Shown: piece after piece, positions 35,151 through 47,054 of the stretch
Layout: each line of letters starts with the position of its first letter
Position numbering within the stretch: the first letter of the stretch is position 1
Assembly (NCBI RefSeq): GCF_963921235.1
Contig: NC_086097.1
Location: 205,842,001-205,906,000, forward strand
Direction of reading: 5' to 3'
DNA: 64,000 nucleotides
Origin: Mobula hypostoma
Lineage: Eukaryota
Translations under genes and position numbers: made by a program
The notes under the pieces: model-generated
Seen by the model: only the letters and a program-made list of their open reading frames with translations
What the model was told of the DNA's origin: nothing
Database searches by the model: none

Positions 35151-38100
35151 TTTAAGGTGGGGGCTTAAATGGGAGGCAGGGTTTGAGGGTCGGCACAACA
35201 TTGTGGGCTGAATGGCCTGTACTGTGCTGTACTATTCAATGTTCTATGTTTTATGTTCTATTGACTCAGGCAGTGCATTCCACGCACAAACCACTTTGAG
35301 TAAAAATCCTTCCTCTAATATCCCCCTTGAACTTCCCACCCCTTACCTTAAAGCCATGTCCTCTTGTATTGAGCAGTGGTGCCCTGGGGAAGGGTCACTG
35401 GCTGTCCACTCTATGTATTCCTCTTAATATCTTGTATACCTCTATCATGTCTCCTCTCATCCTCCTTCTCTCCAAGGAGTTAAGCCCTAAACTCCCTTAA
35501 TCTCTGATCATAATCCATACTCTCTGAACCAGGCAGCATTCTGGTAAATCCCCTCTGTACCCTCTCCAATGCTCCTGCATCCTTCCTGTGACCAGAACTG
35601 GACACAAGTACTCCAAGTGTCACCTAGACAGAGTTTTATAGAGCTGCATCATTACATTGCGACTTCTAAATGCTATCCCTCGACTTATGAAAGCTAACAC
35701 CTCTTGAACTATCTTCACTACCCTACCTACCTGTGAGGCAACTTTCAGGGATCTGTGGACATGTACCCCCAGATCCCTCTGCTCCTCCACACTTCCAAGT
35801 ATCCTGCCATTTACTTTGTACTCTGCCTTGGAGTTTGTCCTTCCAAAATGTACCACCTCACACTTCTCCAGGTTGAACTCCATCTGCCACTTCTCAGCCC
35901 ACTTGGTGCATTCTATCAATGTCTCTCTGCAATCTTTGACAATCCTCTACACTATCTACAACACCACCAACCTTTATGTCATCTGCAAAATTGCCAACTC
36001 ACCCTTCTACCCCCTCATCCAGGTCGTTAATAAAAATCACGAAAAGTAGAGGTCCCAAAACCAATCCTTGTAAGACACCACTAGTCACAACCCTCCAATT
36101 TGAATATACTCCCTCCAGCATGACCCTCTGCTTTTTGAAAGCAAGCCAATTCTGAATCCACCCGGCCAAACTTCCCTGGATCCCATGCCTTCTGACTTTC
36201 TGAATAAACCTACCGTGTGGAACCTTGTCAAATGCCTTACTAAAATCCATGTAGATTATATCCACTGCACTACCCTCATCTAGATGCCTGGTCACCTCCT
36301 CAAAGAACTCTACCAGGCTTGTTAGACATGATCTACCCTTCACAAAGCCATGCTGACTGTCCCTGATCAACCATGATTTTCTAAATGCCCATAGATCCTA
36401 GCTCTAACAGTCTTTTCCAACAGCTTTCCCACCACAGACGTAAGGCTCACTGGTCTATAATTACCCAGACTATCCCTACTACCTTTTTTGAACAAGGGGA
36501 CAACATTCGCCTCCCTCCAGTCCTCCGGTACCATTCCCGTGGACAACGAGGACATAAAGATCCTAGCCTGAGGCTCAGCAATCTCTTCCTTCACCTCGTG
36601 GAGCAGCCTGGGGAATATTCCGTCAGGCCCCAGGGACTTATCCGTCCTAATGTATTTTTACAACTCCAACACCTCTTCTCCCTTAATATCAACATGCTCC
36701 AGAACATCAACCTCACTCATATTGTCCTCACTGTCATCAAGTTCCCTCTCATTGGTGAATACCAAAGTATTCATTGAGGACCTCACTCACTTCCACGGCC
36801 TCCAGGCACATCTTCCCATCTTTATCTCTAATTGGTCCTATCTTCACTCCTATCATCCTTTTGTTCTTCACATAATTGAAGAATGCCTTTGGCGTTTTCT
36901 TTTACCCTACTCACCAAGGCCTTCTCATGCCCCCTTCTTGCTCTCCTCAGCCCCTTCTTAAGCTCCTTTCTTGCTACCCTATATTCCTCAATAGACCCAT
37001 CTGATCCTTGCTTCCTAAACCTCATGTATGCTGCCTTCTTCCACCTGACTAGATTCTCCACCTCACTTGTCACCCATGGTTCCTTCACCCTACCATTCTT
37101 TATCTTCCTCACCTGGACAAATTTATCCCCAGCATCCTGCAAGAGATTCCTAAATACTGACCACATGTACATAGTACATTTCCCTGCAAAAACATCATCC
37201 CAATTCACACCTGCAAATTCTAGCCTTATAGCCTCATAATTTTCCCTTCCCCAATTAAAAATGTTCCTGTCCTCTCTGATTCTATCCTTTTCCATGATAA
37301 TGTTAAAGGCCAGAGAGCGGTGGTCACTATCGCCCAGATGCTTATCCACTGAGAGATCTGTAACCTGACCCGGTTCGTTACCTAATACTAGATCTAGTAT
37401 GTTCTATGTTCTAATTTAGCTTTGGATTAGTTTAAAATCCATGTCCTTAAGGAACAATATCATTAAATAAATTACTATCCTTAATATCCAAGTTTGCATG
37501 CACTTCCAAGTTCAGAACAACATACCTGACATTGAACTGCTTAAAATGGTCAACTCACTTGTGTAGTTTTAAGAAAATACAATTAGTTGTTTAAGACATG
37601 CCTCAGCTATGGGCAAGAAAGGTTCCAGAGACAACAATAAGCTAACTTCAGAGAGATTTCCTTGTAAACATGCAAATTGAATATCTTTCAGTCTGTTGCT
37701 TATGGATGTGAACTTTCCTCTTAACAAGACTCACTCTTAGTAGGAACAAGGCCAATTAAAATTATACTGTACATTACACAATTGATGTTTAAGTTTCGTG
37801 AGCTGCATAAAAGGAAATATGCAAATTAGGGAATTACTGTATGAAGTATAATGCATGTTGTTTTGTTTTGCTTTGATACTATAGCTGCTGAATTAAGATT
37901 ACTTTTTTCTCTTCACTTAATTACAGAATACAATATTAAATCACTGATGCTTGTTGTCACAATCTGCTCTACTTAAATATTCAACCAGCAAATAACATTG
38001 TGATGTGCTTGCGAGGAAGTAATTTCCTGGGAATCATTCAAGTTTAATTGAAGCAAGCATTTTCCATATTGCCATCTGACTACAGCTGTATTGACTTGAG

Positions 38101-38427
38101 CTCAATTCCAGATTGTTCCTGACATCTGCTCTTAGAGGTTGCAATGCTTAATCGGTCATAGACTTGAACATTCTATCAGAGAAACAGATAAAGGCACAGG
38201 ACAAAGTCAAAAAATGGTCCCGGCATTTAAGATCCGTTTTTCATTCGAAACTGCTTGCTTTCACTAACTAAAAAAGTTACACAGAATCTTAACCCATTAA
38301 TCATCGAATTATCAAAGTATAGTTTAGAAGGAAGATACTCAGCTCATCACTCTTTTGCTAGTCTAATGATTTCTTTGAGGTTATGTTGAACAGGATTTGT
38401 GCAACCAGGGCTTTCTCTATATAAAAT

Positions 38428-38780
38428 ACCATAAGATACGAGAGTAGAATCAGGCCACTCAGCCCATTGAGTCTGTTCCTCCCTTCAATCATGGCTGATG
38501 ATTTTTCTCAATCTCCTTCTCATGCTTTTTCCCCATAACCCTCAAACTCTTTATCAGTTGAGAACCTATGAATTTCTGTCTTAAATGTGCACATTTACTT
38601 GGTCTCAACAGCCCTATGTGGCAGTGAATTTCAGAGCTTCACTACCCGCTGGCTGAAGGAATTTATCCTCAATCAGTTTTGAGGGTAATCTCTTTATTCA
38701 GACACCATGTCATTGGACACTGGACTCTTCTGTTAATGGAAACACCTTCTCTATGTGCACTCTATCCAGGACTTTCATAT
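38428..38780 (-). mobile_element. CR1 3' fragment, degraded
   Basis: Similar to 2967-3360. Confidence 0.7.
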
Positions 38781-39496
38781 ACTGTAATACGATAAGGAAA
38801 TGTTTCCTCCACTTACTGAATGGAACTGGTCTATGTCAGAAATGGCACTAAGTCATACAACCTGATGAACATCAAAGCCACCATCAGAAACTTGCCATCA
38901 CATTTGTCTCAGTTTTATGTTTCTGCAGTGGTATTGAGCCATTGGCACTCTCATTTCATCATAAGGTTAACAAAGTTGTGAAGGCAACTTTATTGGGTTT
39001 TTACTCTTCCAAACGAATAGAAATAAACCAGCAGCTGCTTTTGATTAGGTTTCAGCAGACTTTGAAAATTGAGCAGGCAATACTGCTAAACTCAAAATGG
39101 GTCCTTACAATAAGCATTAAGGCAGATACCCAGGACATGAGAACTTGCCAGGATCATGGCATCTTTCAGAATGAACTATGCCAGTTTCTCGGTATCCATT
39201 GTAATCCTATTGGATAAAAGATTAGTGTCAGCATCTCAACAGATTCGTATTCAGTAGCAATAAATTAAGAGACCCAGCATCTAGTCTGCATGCTGTCTTG
39301 CACATAAATCCCTACCACTTCAGTTAAAAGTAACCATCTCAGTAGATTAATGAAGAAACTACAATTAGCTTCTGTGACAGCAGGTGAATTTTAGGGTGGC
39401 CTCAAAATTCACCCTCAAAGCAACTATTTAGTGTTCAGACATCAAATGTAACACAGTTGATGTAACAGTAATTTTATCCTTGCCACATTCCCAGCA

Positions 39497-42400
39497 GGCA
39501 GCAGCGGCCTTTCGCATCTGGTGCTACTTTAATTTTCTAATTTAATTTTAAGGCACAATTTTTGATTAGGGCACATGGATAACAGAGCGACTATCTACCA
39601 TTGCCAGATGCTACAATACAGAGATCACCCCAAAACAAACCTTCATGAAGATCTGCTGGTTAAATTACACGACCTTGGCTTGCTGAGGGGATCGGGCCTA
39701 CATTCCTCGGAGTAGCCTGATGCCGGTGGCTGGAGGTGGGGACGTCATAGGCAGATAGGCAGTGTGCAAGCAAGCGGAAGTGAGGCAAGCGGGCAGGAGT
39801 CCATGCCAGGCAAAAAGCAAACCCTAGCTGGCCAGCTCTCCCGTGCATTCTGCTCTCCAATGTCTGCTCCCTGTGGACAACAAATTGGACTACATCCGAT
39901 TCCAATGAAATACTTGGCGGTAGTACAGAGTCTGCTGTGCGAATGTTTTCACGGAAATGTGGCTCACCGACGGAATCCCAGATGCCGCCATTCAGCTGGA
40001 CGGGCTTGTCTTGTTTCGAGCAGTGATGTAGCTCTTTTCAGTAAGACTCACAGTGGTGGCTTGTGAGTATACATCAATATGGAATGGTGAAAAAACTCTG
40101 TGCTGGTTTCCAGATATTGCTCATCACTAGTGGATTTGAGACTATTAGATGCAGACCATTTTATTTACCACAGGAATTCACCACTGTCCTTGTAGTTGGT
40201 GTCTACATTCCCCCCAGTGCTAATGCTAAGGAGTTGCTCTGTGAACTGTATGGGGCTATTAGCGAACTGCAGAACGCACACCCTGATGGACTGCTTATTG
40301 TCACTGGAGATTTTAACCACACAAACCTTATGTCAGTGCTCCCCAGATTCCATCAGAACGTGGACTTTGCAACGAGAGGGGAGAACGTGTTGAACCTTGT
40401 TTACACAAACATTCTCGACACGTACTGGGCGGAGCCCCGCCCCCACCTCGGTTACTCAGACCACATCTCTGTTATGCTAATCCCAGCATACAGTTCGCTC
40501 GTCAGGTGCTCCAGACCAGCTCAGAAGCAGGTGAAAACCTGGCCAGCAGGAGCGATCTCTGCTGTCCAAGACTGCTTTGAGCACACTGACAGACACATGT
40601 TCTGGGAGGCTGCAACTGATGGTGACTCTACCAACTTAGAGGCATCAGTGACTAGCTACATCAGCAAGTACATCGATGACATCACTGTGGCCAAGACCAT
40701 CACTACACGCGCTAACCAGAAGCCATGGATGACCGTGGAGGTGTGTGCGCTGCTGAGGACCCGTGACTCCGCCTTCAGAGCAGGCAACAAGGCAGCCCTA
40801 ACAACAGCGAGGGCCAAACTGTCCCGTGCCATCAGAAAGGCAATGCATGCACACGCCCAGCGAATCTACAGCCACTTCCAGGACAGCGGCGACACGCGGC
40901 GCACGTGGAAGGGCATTCAGGACATCACCAACTACAAGACAACACCACCTGCCTGTACTGGTGATGCCTCCCTCCCAGATGCGTTGAACAACTTCTACGC
41001 TCGTTTTGAGGCGGAAAATGACGTGGTGGCGAGGAAGACCACCCCTCCTCCAAATGACAAGGTGCTGTGTCTTACTGCACTGATGTGAGGAGAATCCTGT
41101 GCAGAGTCAGCCCATGGAAGGCTGCTGGACCAGACAATATTCCTGGCAGAGTGCTTAGAGGATGTGCAGACCAGCTAGCAGATATTCTCACTGACATCTT
41201 CAACATCTCCCTGAGCAGCGCCGTTGTTCCTACGTGCTTCAAGGCCGCCACCATTGTCCCCGTGCCAAAGAAGTCTTCAGTGTCCTGCCTCAACGACTAC
41301 TGTCCCATCGCACTCACATCCATCATCATGAAGTGTTTCAAGAGGCTCGTCATGAGGACCCTGCTGCCTCCCTCATTGGACCCCCTGCAGTTCACGTACT
41401 GTCCCAACCGTTCAACAGACTACTCCATTGCCATCACCCTCCACTTGGCCCTAACCCACCTGGACAAAAAAGACACGTACGTTCGAATGCTGTTCATAGA
41501 CTTCAGTTCAGCATTCAAAACAATCATTCCTCAGAAACTGATTGGAAAGCTGGGTCTACTGGGCCTGAACACCTCTCTCTGCAACTGGATCCTAGACTTC
41601 CTGACTGGGAGACCTCAGTCAGTCCGGATTGGAAGCAGCAGCTCCAACACCATCACACTGAGCACGGGGGTCCCCCAGGGCTGTGTGCTCAGTCCGCTGC
41701 TGTTCACTCTGCTGACCCATGACTGTACTGCAACACACAGCTCGAACCACATCAAGTTCGCCGATGACACGACCGTGGTGGGTCTCATCAAAAAGACCGA
41801 TGAGTCAGCATGCAGAGAGGAGGTGCAGCGGCTAACAGACTGGTGCAGAGCCAACAACCTGTCTCTGAATGTCAACAAAACAGAAGAGATGGTTGTTGAC
41901 TTCAGGAGGACACGGAGCGACCACTCTCCGCTGAACATTGACGACTCCTCTGTAGAGATCGTTAAGAGCACCAAATTTCTTGGTGTTCACCTGGCGGAGA
42001 ACTTCACCTGGTCTCTCAACACCAGCTCCATAGCAAAGGAAGCCCAGCAGCGTCTTGACTCTCTGCAAAGGCTGAGAAAAGTCCATCCCCCACCCCGTCC
42101 TCACCACATTCTACAGAGGTTGTATTGAGAGCATCCTGAGCAGCTGCATCACTGCCTGGTTCGGAAATTGCACCATCTCGGATCACAAGACCCTGCAGCG
42201 GATAGTGAGGTCAGCTGAGAAGATCATCGGGGTCTCTCTTCCTGTCATTACAGACATTTACACTACACGCTGCATCCATAAAGCAAACAGCATTATGAAG
42301 GACCCCAAGCACCCCTCATACAAACTCTTCGCCCTCCTGCCATCTGGCAAAAGGCACCAAAGCATTCGGGCTCTCACGACCAGATTATGTAACAGTTTCT

Positions 42401-42709
42401 TCCCCCAAGCCATCAGACTGCTCAATACCCAGAGCCTGGACTGACACCAATCTACTGCCCTGTACTGGGCCTATTGTCTTGTTTATTATTTATTGTAATG
42501 CTTGCACTGTTTTGTGCACTTTATGCAGTCCTGGGTAGGTCTGTAGTCTAGTGTAGTTTTTGTGTTTTTTTTTACGTAGTTCAGTGCAGTTTTTGTATTG
42601 TTTCATGTAGCACCATGGTCCTGAAAAACATTGTCTCATTTTTACTGTGTACTGTACCAGCAGTTATGGTCGAAATGACAGTAAAAAGTGACTTGAATTG
42701 ACTTGACTT
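39497..42709 (+). mobile_element. Near full-length Rex1/Babar LINE, inactivated
   Basis: Endonuclease (VYIPP, GDFN, SDH; ORF 40063-41088); RT ([33 protein letters not shown] 41067-42128); C-terminus SFFPQAIRLLN; (GACTT)n tail; 5' boundary approximate. Confidence 0.92.
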
Positions 42710-43685
42710 ACCCATTTCACACCATCACATCGTGTTAGGGATTGTTAAAGAAAATCTGTTTAGATTTATTTACAGCATTGTGACACAACATGAACATTAG
42801 AATTCTGACTTTCCTGCCTCATTTTTACAAGCACCCGAAGGACATAAAAATCTAATTTTAAATTTAAGATCTTATAGAATGGCTGTGTCAATATTTTGTT
42901 TATTGAAAATATGCTCTAAATAATTTGTCGTAGAATTTAAACTTAAGAAACCTATCAAATATTTATAAGAATATAAAATCAAAATTTTTAAAAAAGTAAT
43001 AAAATTTTAAATTGTTGTTCCTTTTGTGACAGCATAAATGGGAGCCACAGTGTACTTTGGTTAACAGAAATATCTTGGTAGTCTGATACTCTGCAATGTT
43101 TGTACCAAATTTTGCCAGGACTTGTCAGCTCTAGACCTCATCACAGCTATAGTCCACAGATGTGCATTGGAGCTGAATTCCATGGGGGCAATAAGGCAGC
43201 CTTTGATGAAGTATGGCATCAAGGAAACCTGATTAAACTAAATCACTAGTCACCAGGCAGACAAAATGAGCAGTTATACCTCAGACAAAAGAAGATGCTT
43301 GAGATTGTTGGAGTCTAATCCTCCCAGGCTGAGAACAACACTACAGCACATCCTCGGGACAGCGACCCATCCCTATCATTTTCAGCTGCCTGATCAATGA
43401 CCTACTCCCCTGCTGTGATTCATACTCTGCAATTACTGGAGAAATTATCCTGTAAAACAAACAGTAAACTTGGTCAAGGCAAACAACTGACACCAAATTC
43501 ACTGGAAACTAAAAATATGCCTGGAACAGTCCAGAACTGATGGACTTTCTGTATCTATGTACCTATGTATCTCACTGTTCAACAGTTCAGATATACCAAC
43601 TCGTATTGCCACTATCTGGATTGCCAGTGATGGAGACTTCTTGGATACAAGAGGTGGAAGTACCACTAGAATACTATGATATGAT

Positions 43686-44010
43686 GCAGCACAGTAGTGC
43701 GGCTGGTGGAGTCACTGCAACACAACTGCAGCAATCAGAGATCATCCTTGACCTCTGACCCTGCCTGTATGGAGCTTGCATGCTCTGTGTGTGACCACAC
43801 AGGTTTCCTTTAGGTGCTCCAGTCTCTGTCAAAGATTTACAGGGTATTAAGTTAATTAGCTGCTATAAATAGCTTCCAGTGTGTAAGAAAGCAGTGGAAA
43901 CTGGAGGAAGCTGGGAATGTGGGGAGAATAGAATGGATTCGAATACTTAGTGTTGTAAAAGATTTGTGGTCAGTAGGGAGTCCATGAGTCAAAGGATTCT
44001 TTTCTGTATT
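43686..44010 (+). mobile_element. tRNA-derived V-SINE (HE1-like), degraded
   Basis: tRNA-like head; V-domain ctgtatggagcttgcatg...ggtttcctttaggtgctccagt; CR1-like tail. Confidence 0.65.
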
Positions 44011-45829
44011 CTTTAAATTAAAGAAAGATCACTGCAATGTGGATGTTTGCAAGATTGCCATAATAATGGAAGGAAAGCAATAATAAAGATTTCTAATCAC
44101 CACCAGTTATAGAATAACTGCAAATGACCCCAATTGTATTCCTAAAGCCACTCTATTTTGCTTTAATAATGACCTGTTTTCCTGCATGTCTGAAATTTAC
44201 ATATACAGAGTCATGTACCAATAATCCACTTGAGATTCAACAACCATTGAGGTTTTGATACTCTGATAATTTAAATGGTTTCCTGATTCATTGTGTTTAA
44301 TTGTGATAAGTTCATAGATTCAGCAAGCACTTCATCAGGATAGAAATAATGAATGAAATTACAGTGTTAAAACAGGACTAATTTGATAAACAATCCAGTA
44401 TTTGAGATTTGTACAGGTCTTTCTTAATTAAAAACTTCAAGCCAAATGGTTGTACTTCATGTCTATTGACAATTATGTTGCATAATCAAAAATGTGCACT
44501 TTAAAAATAGTTTTGGGAAATTCATAGTTTTTTAGACTTCTCTAAGAACAGGTAACTTTTCTATTTCTAAAAAAAAATTAATGTAGCCACTTTAATCACT
44601 GGAATGTCCAGAGAAGGAGAGGAAATGGATTAGGTGAGATAATAAAGTATTAAGTTTCTGACTCATGACCCCATCCTATCTCCAAAATTCCCATTTTTAG
44701 GTCTAAGGCCATGGGCGAGGGATGGATTACCCGCTTGCTCCTATTTGGCAAATTAATTGGCAGTTACAGATTTCTAAACTCAGGTAACCTAGATGTTGAG
44801 AAATTTGTAAGCTGCAGGAAAACGAAGACAATTTGGGTGAAAAGCTGTTTTTTTTTTAACAATAGTGATTATGGGCCAGGACACACATAACAGCCAATAA
44901 AGTTACCCATTCAACAAACCCTTCAGTCATTCTTTCACCTCCCTTGTATCAGAGGCCTCTCTAACCTCAAAATTCACATGCTCTCCGTTACTGCTTTCTA
45001 TTCTCCTGGTACAATATTAAACAGCCTTGAAATTTTTCTATATTATCCCTTTTGACCTTCAATTAACACAAAAGTATTCATTTATAGATCACCTACACAT
45101 AAATTGCTCAATATGTTTTGATATATTTTACAGAAATGAACAAATGTCTGGATGGGGAAACAGTTATGTTGATGTAGAAAACCAGCCATGATAGTATTGA
45201 ATGACAGAGCAGACTCAAAGGCTTAAAGGCCTATTCTTGCGCAGTTCATTTTCTGTTTTTATCTAATCGAGTCATTTCACGCAATACATGTGTTATATGG
45301 TCATCTTCATACCAGAGTAAAATCATTTCAGTCAATCGTCCTCAGTGCTCATGAGAGCGTGGGGGAAACTTGAAACATTATGTGCATGCTCTCATTAACT
45401 CTGATGGACAACCTTTGATGAATGGATATGTTTGTATTTTTATTGCTTATTTAATACTTGAATGTTCATTCTAAATGCATAACATGGCACTCACTATATT
45501 AGAAAAGGTTAAAACTGGAGATAATAAGTAGACTTGGGAATTACATTATCTGCATTAATTTTCCTCTTGTATTTCATCACAAACGCTCTTTGGGGAAGAG
45601 TGCATATGTGGGCAATTGGAATTTGCAATCAGCTCTGCTGCTGCGCTAGGACTGAGGACAATTTCACACCAAGCCCTAGAGGCATTAGGGAAAGGTTATA
45701 GAGTTATTAAAGCTTTACTAAGCTATGCCATTTTTTCCCTAAGCATCATTTTGTTGCAAAGTTAATGGAATAAATCAAAAATTATTTTCTCAAGGCTAAA
45801 ACAGTCATATCCATAATTACAGGAAAATT

Positions 45830-45990
45830 CACACAGAAGTCACAACAGATGCCATTTCATTGGCTCTTCACTCACTCCTGGAACATCTAGACAGTGAAGG
45901 TGCATTCATCAGAATGTTCTTCATTGACTAGAGCTCAGCATTCAAAACTATCACTCCCTCAGAACTAATTTATAAGCTCCAAGACCCAAG
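45830..45990 (+). mobile_element. Rex1-like RT fragment
   Basis: Translates TDAISLALHSLLEHLD...RMFFID*SSAFKTI. Confidence 0.65.
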
Positions 45991-47054
45991 ACTCGCTGCT
46001 GTGATGTACAACTATATCTCCATGCAGATAAACACAATATACACATATTTCTTCAGGTCTATCAGTATCTTTCAGGTACTGCCCCTAACCTATCAGCAGT
46101 TAAAATAATATCTGAGGATAACAGAAGTATATACCTGGCCTCTGGAGTTATTTTGAACCGAACCTGTTCCTCATTTTGAAGTGTTAATGATTTGTCCTGC
46201 TTATGTTTTGGATGAAAGAATCTACCACACAAAAGCTCCTCAACTCCACAGTAACCCTCACAAGTTTGTGATGAGGAGAACAGTTAACGTTCTCTGGGTT
46301 ATTAGGTTTTGGAGAGAACTCAGCAAATAAACAAAGTGATTTAAAGAAGGTTTCTGCACAGTTCAATGGTCTATGAATATATTTAAATGTTTAATCATAG
46401 GAATTCTTAGCAGCAGAAAAAAAAATTAAGGTGTTATTTCAACAGATGCATTAATACCTGGGTGAACTCATCTTTCCGAAAACATATAAACCTATCAAAT
46501 GCTAAGTCTCTAATAATTGTTTTTTTCAGTAATTTCTAGATTTTACTGGTTAATAGTACAGTTTTTTCATCTTAATAAACTGTATAGTTTATGATTTAAC
46601 AATAGTTATTTTATTCTTTGTCTTCTGTTGAAAGATATTGTGTTATCTTGGACATGTTCTTGAGATTTTTCAAGTTATTAAACATTCTTTGGTAATTGTT
46701 AATATTGCTTTCTTTTGTTATCCATTTGTTATTATGTGGTTAGAATCTATTACTACGTTACTTCACATTATTATTCACAGAAAAAGATATGTTTTTGTCT
46801 CTTGGAGAGTAGCTCTTTCAGATGTTAATTAAGAAAGCCATATGGAATTATGCTTCATTTCCCAGCCTAATCCTTCTCCAAAAAGTGGATTATGAAGATA
46901 CTTCTCACAAACAATAGCAAAATTTAGTAAGAACAAAGTTAAAGTACATTTAAAATGGGAGAAGAGATGGTATCTTTGTTCAATCCTATTCACAACTTCT
47001 TAGCAATTAAATTAGTCCTTACCTACATGCATCAAGACTTAGTCAAAGTTCAAT

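Larger units (their letters stand above)
31095..35260 (+). mobile_element. Full-length CR1 LINE
   Basis: 5' UTR, ORF1, ORF2 (APE endonuclease plus RT), 3' UTR and (TATGTTC)n tail. Confidence 0.95.
30948..37400 (-). mobile_element. 5'-truncated CR1 (30948-~31094 plus ~35261-37400) interrupted by a full-length sibling CR1
   Basis: 3' UTR at 30948 breaks at atctgccccaaca and resumes at tgactcaggcagtgcattcc (35262); ORFs 35620-37349(-) closely match ORF2 of the plus copy. Confidence 0.88.

Noticed and set aside
39383..39413. GGTGAATTTT...AAAATTCACC inverted repeat
   Set aside because: Isolated 10-bp stem with no TSD or supporting context
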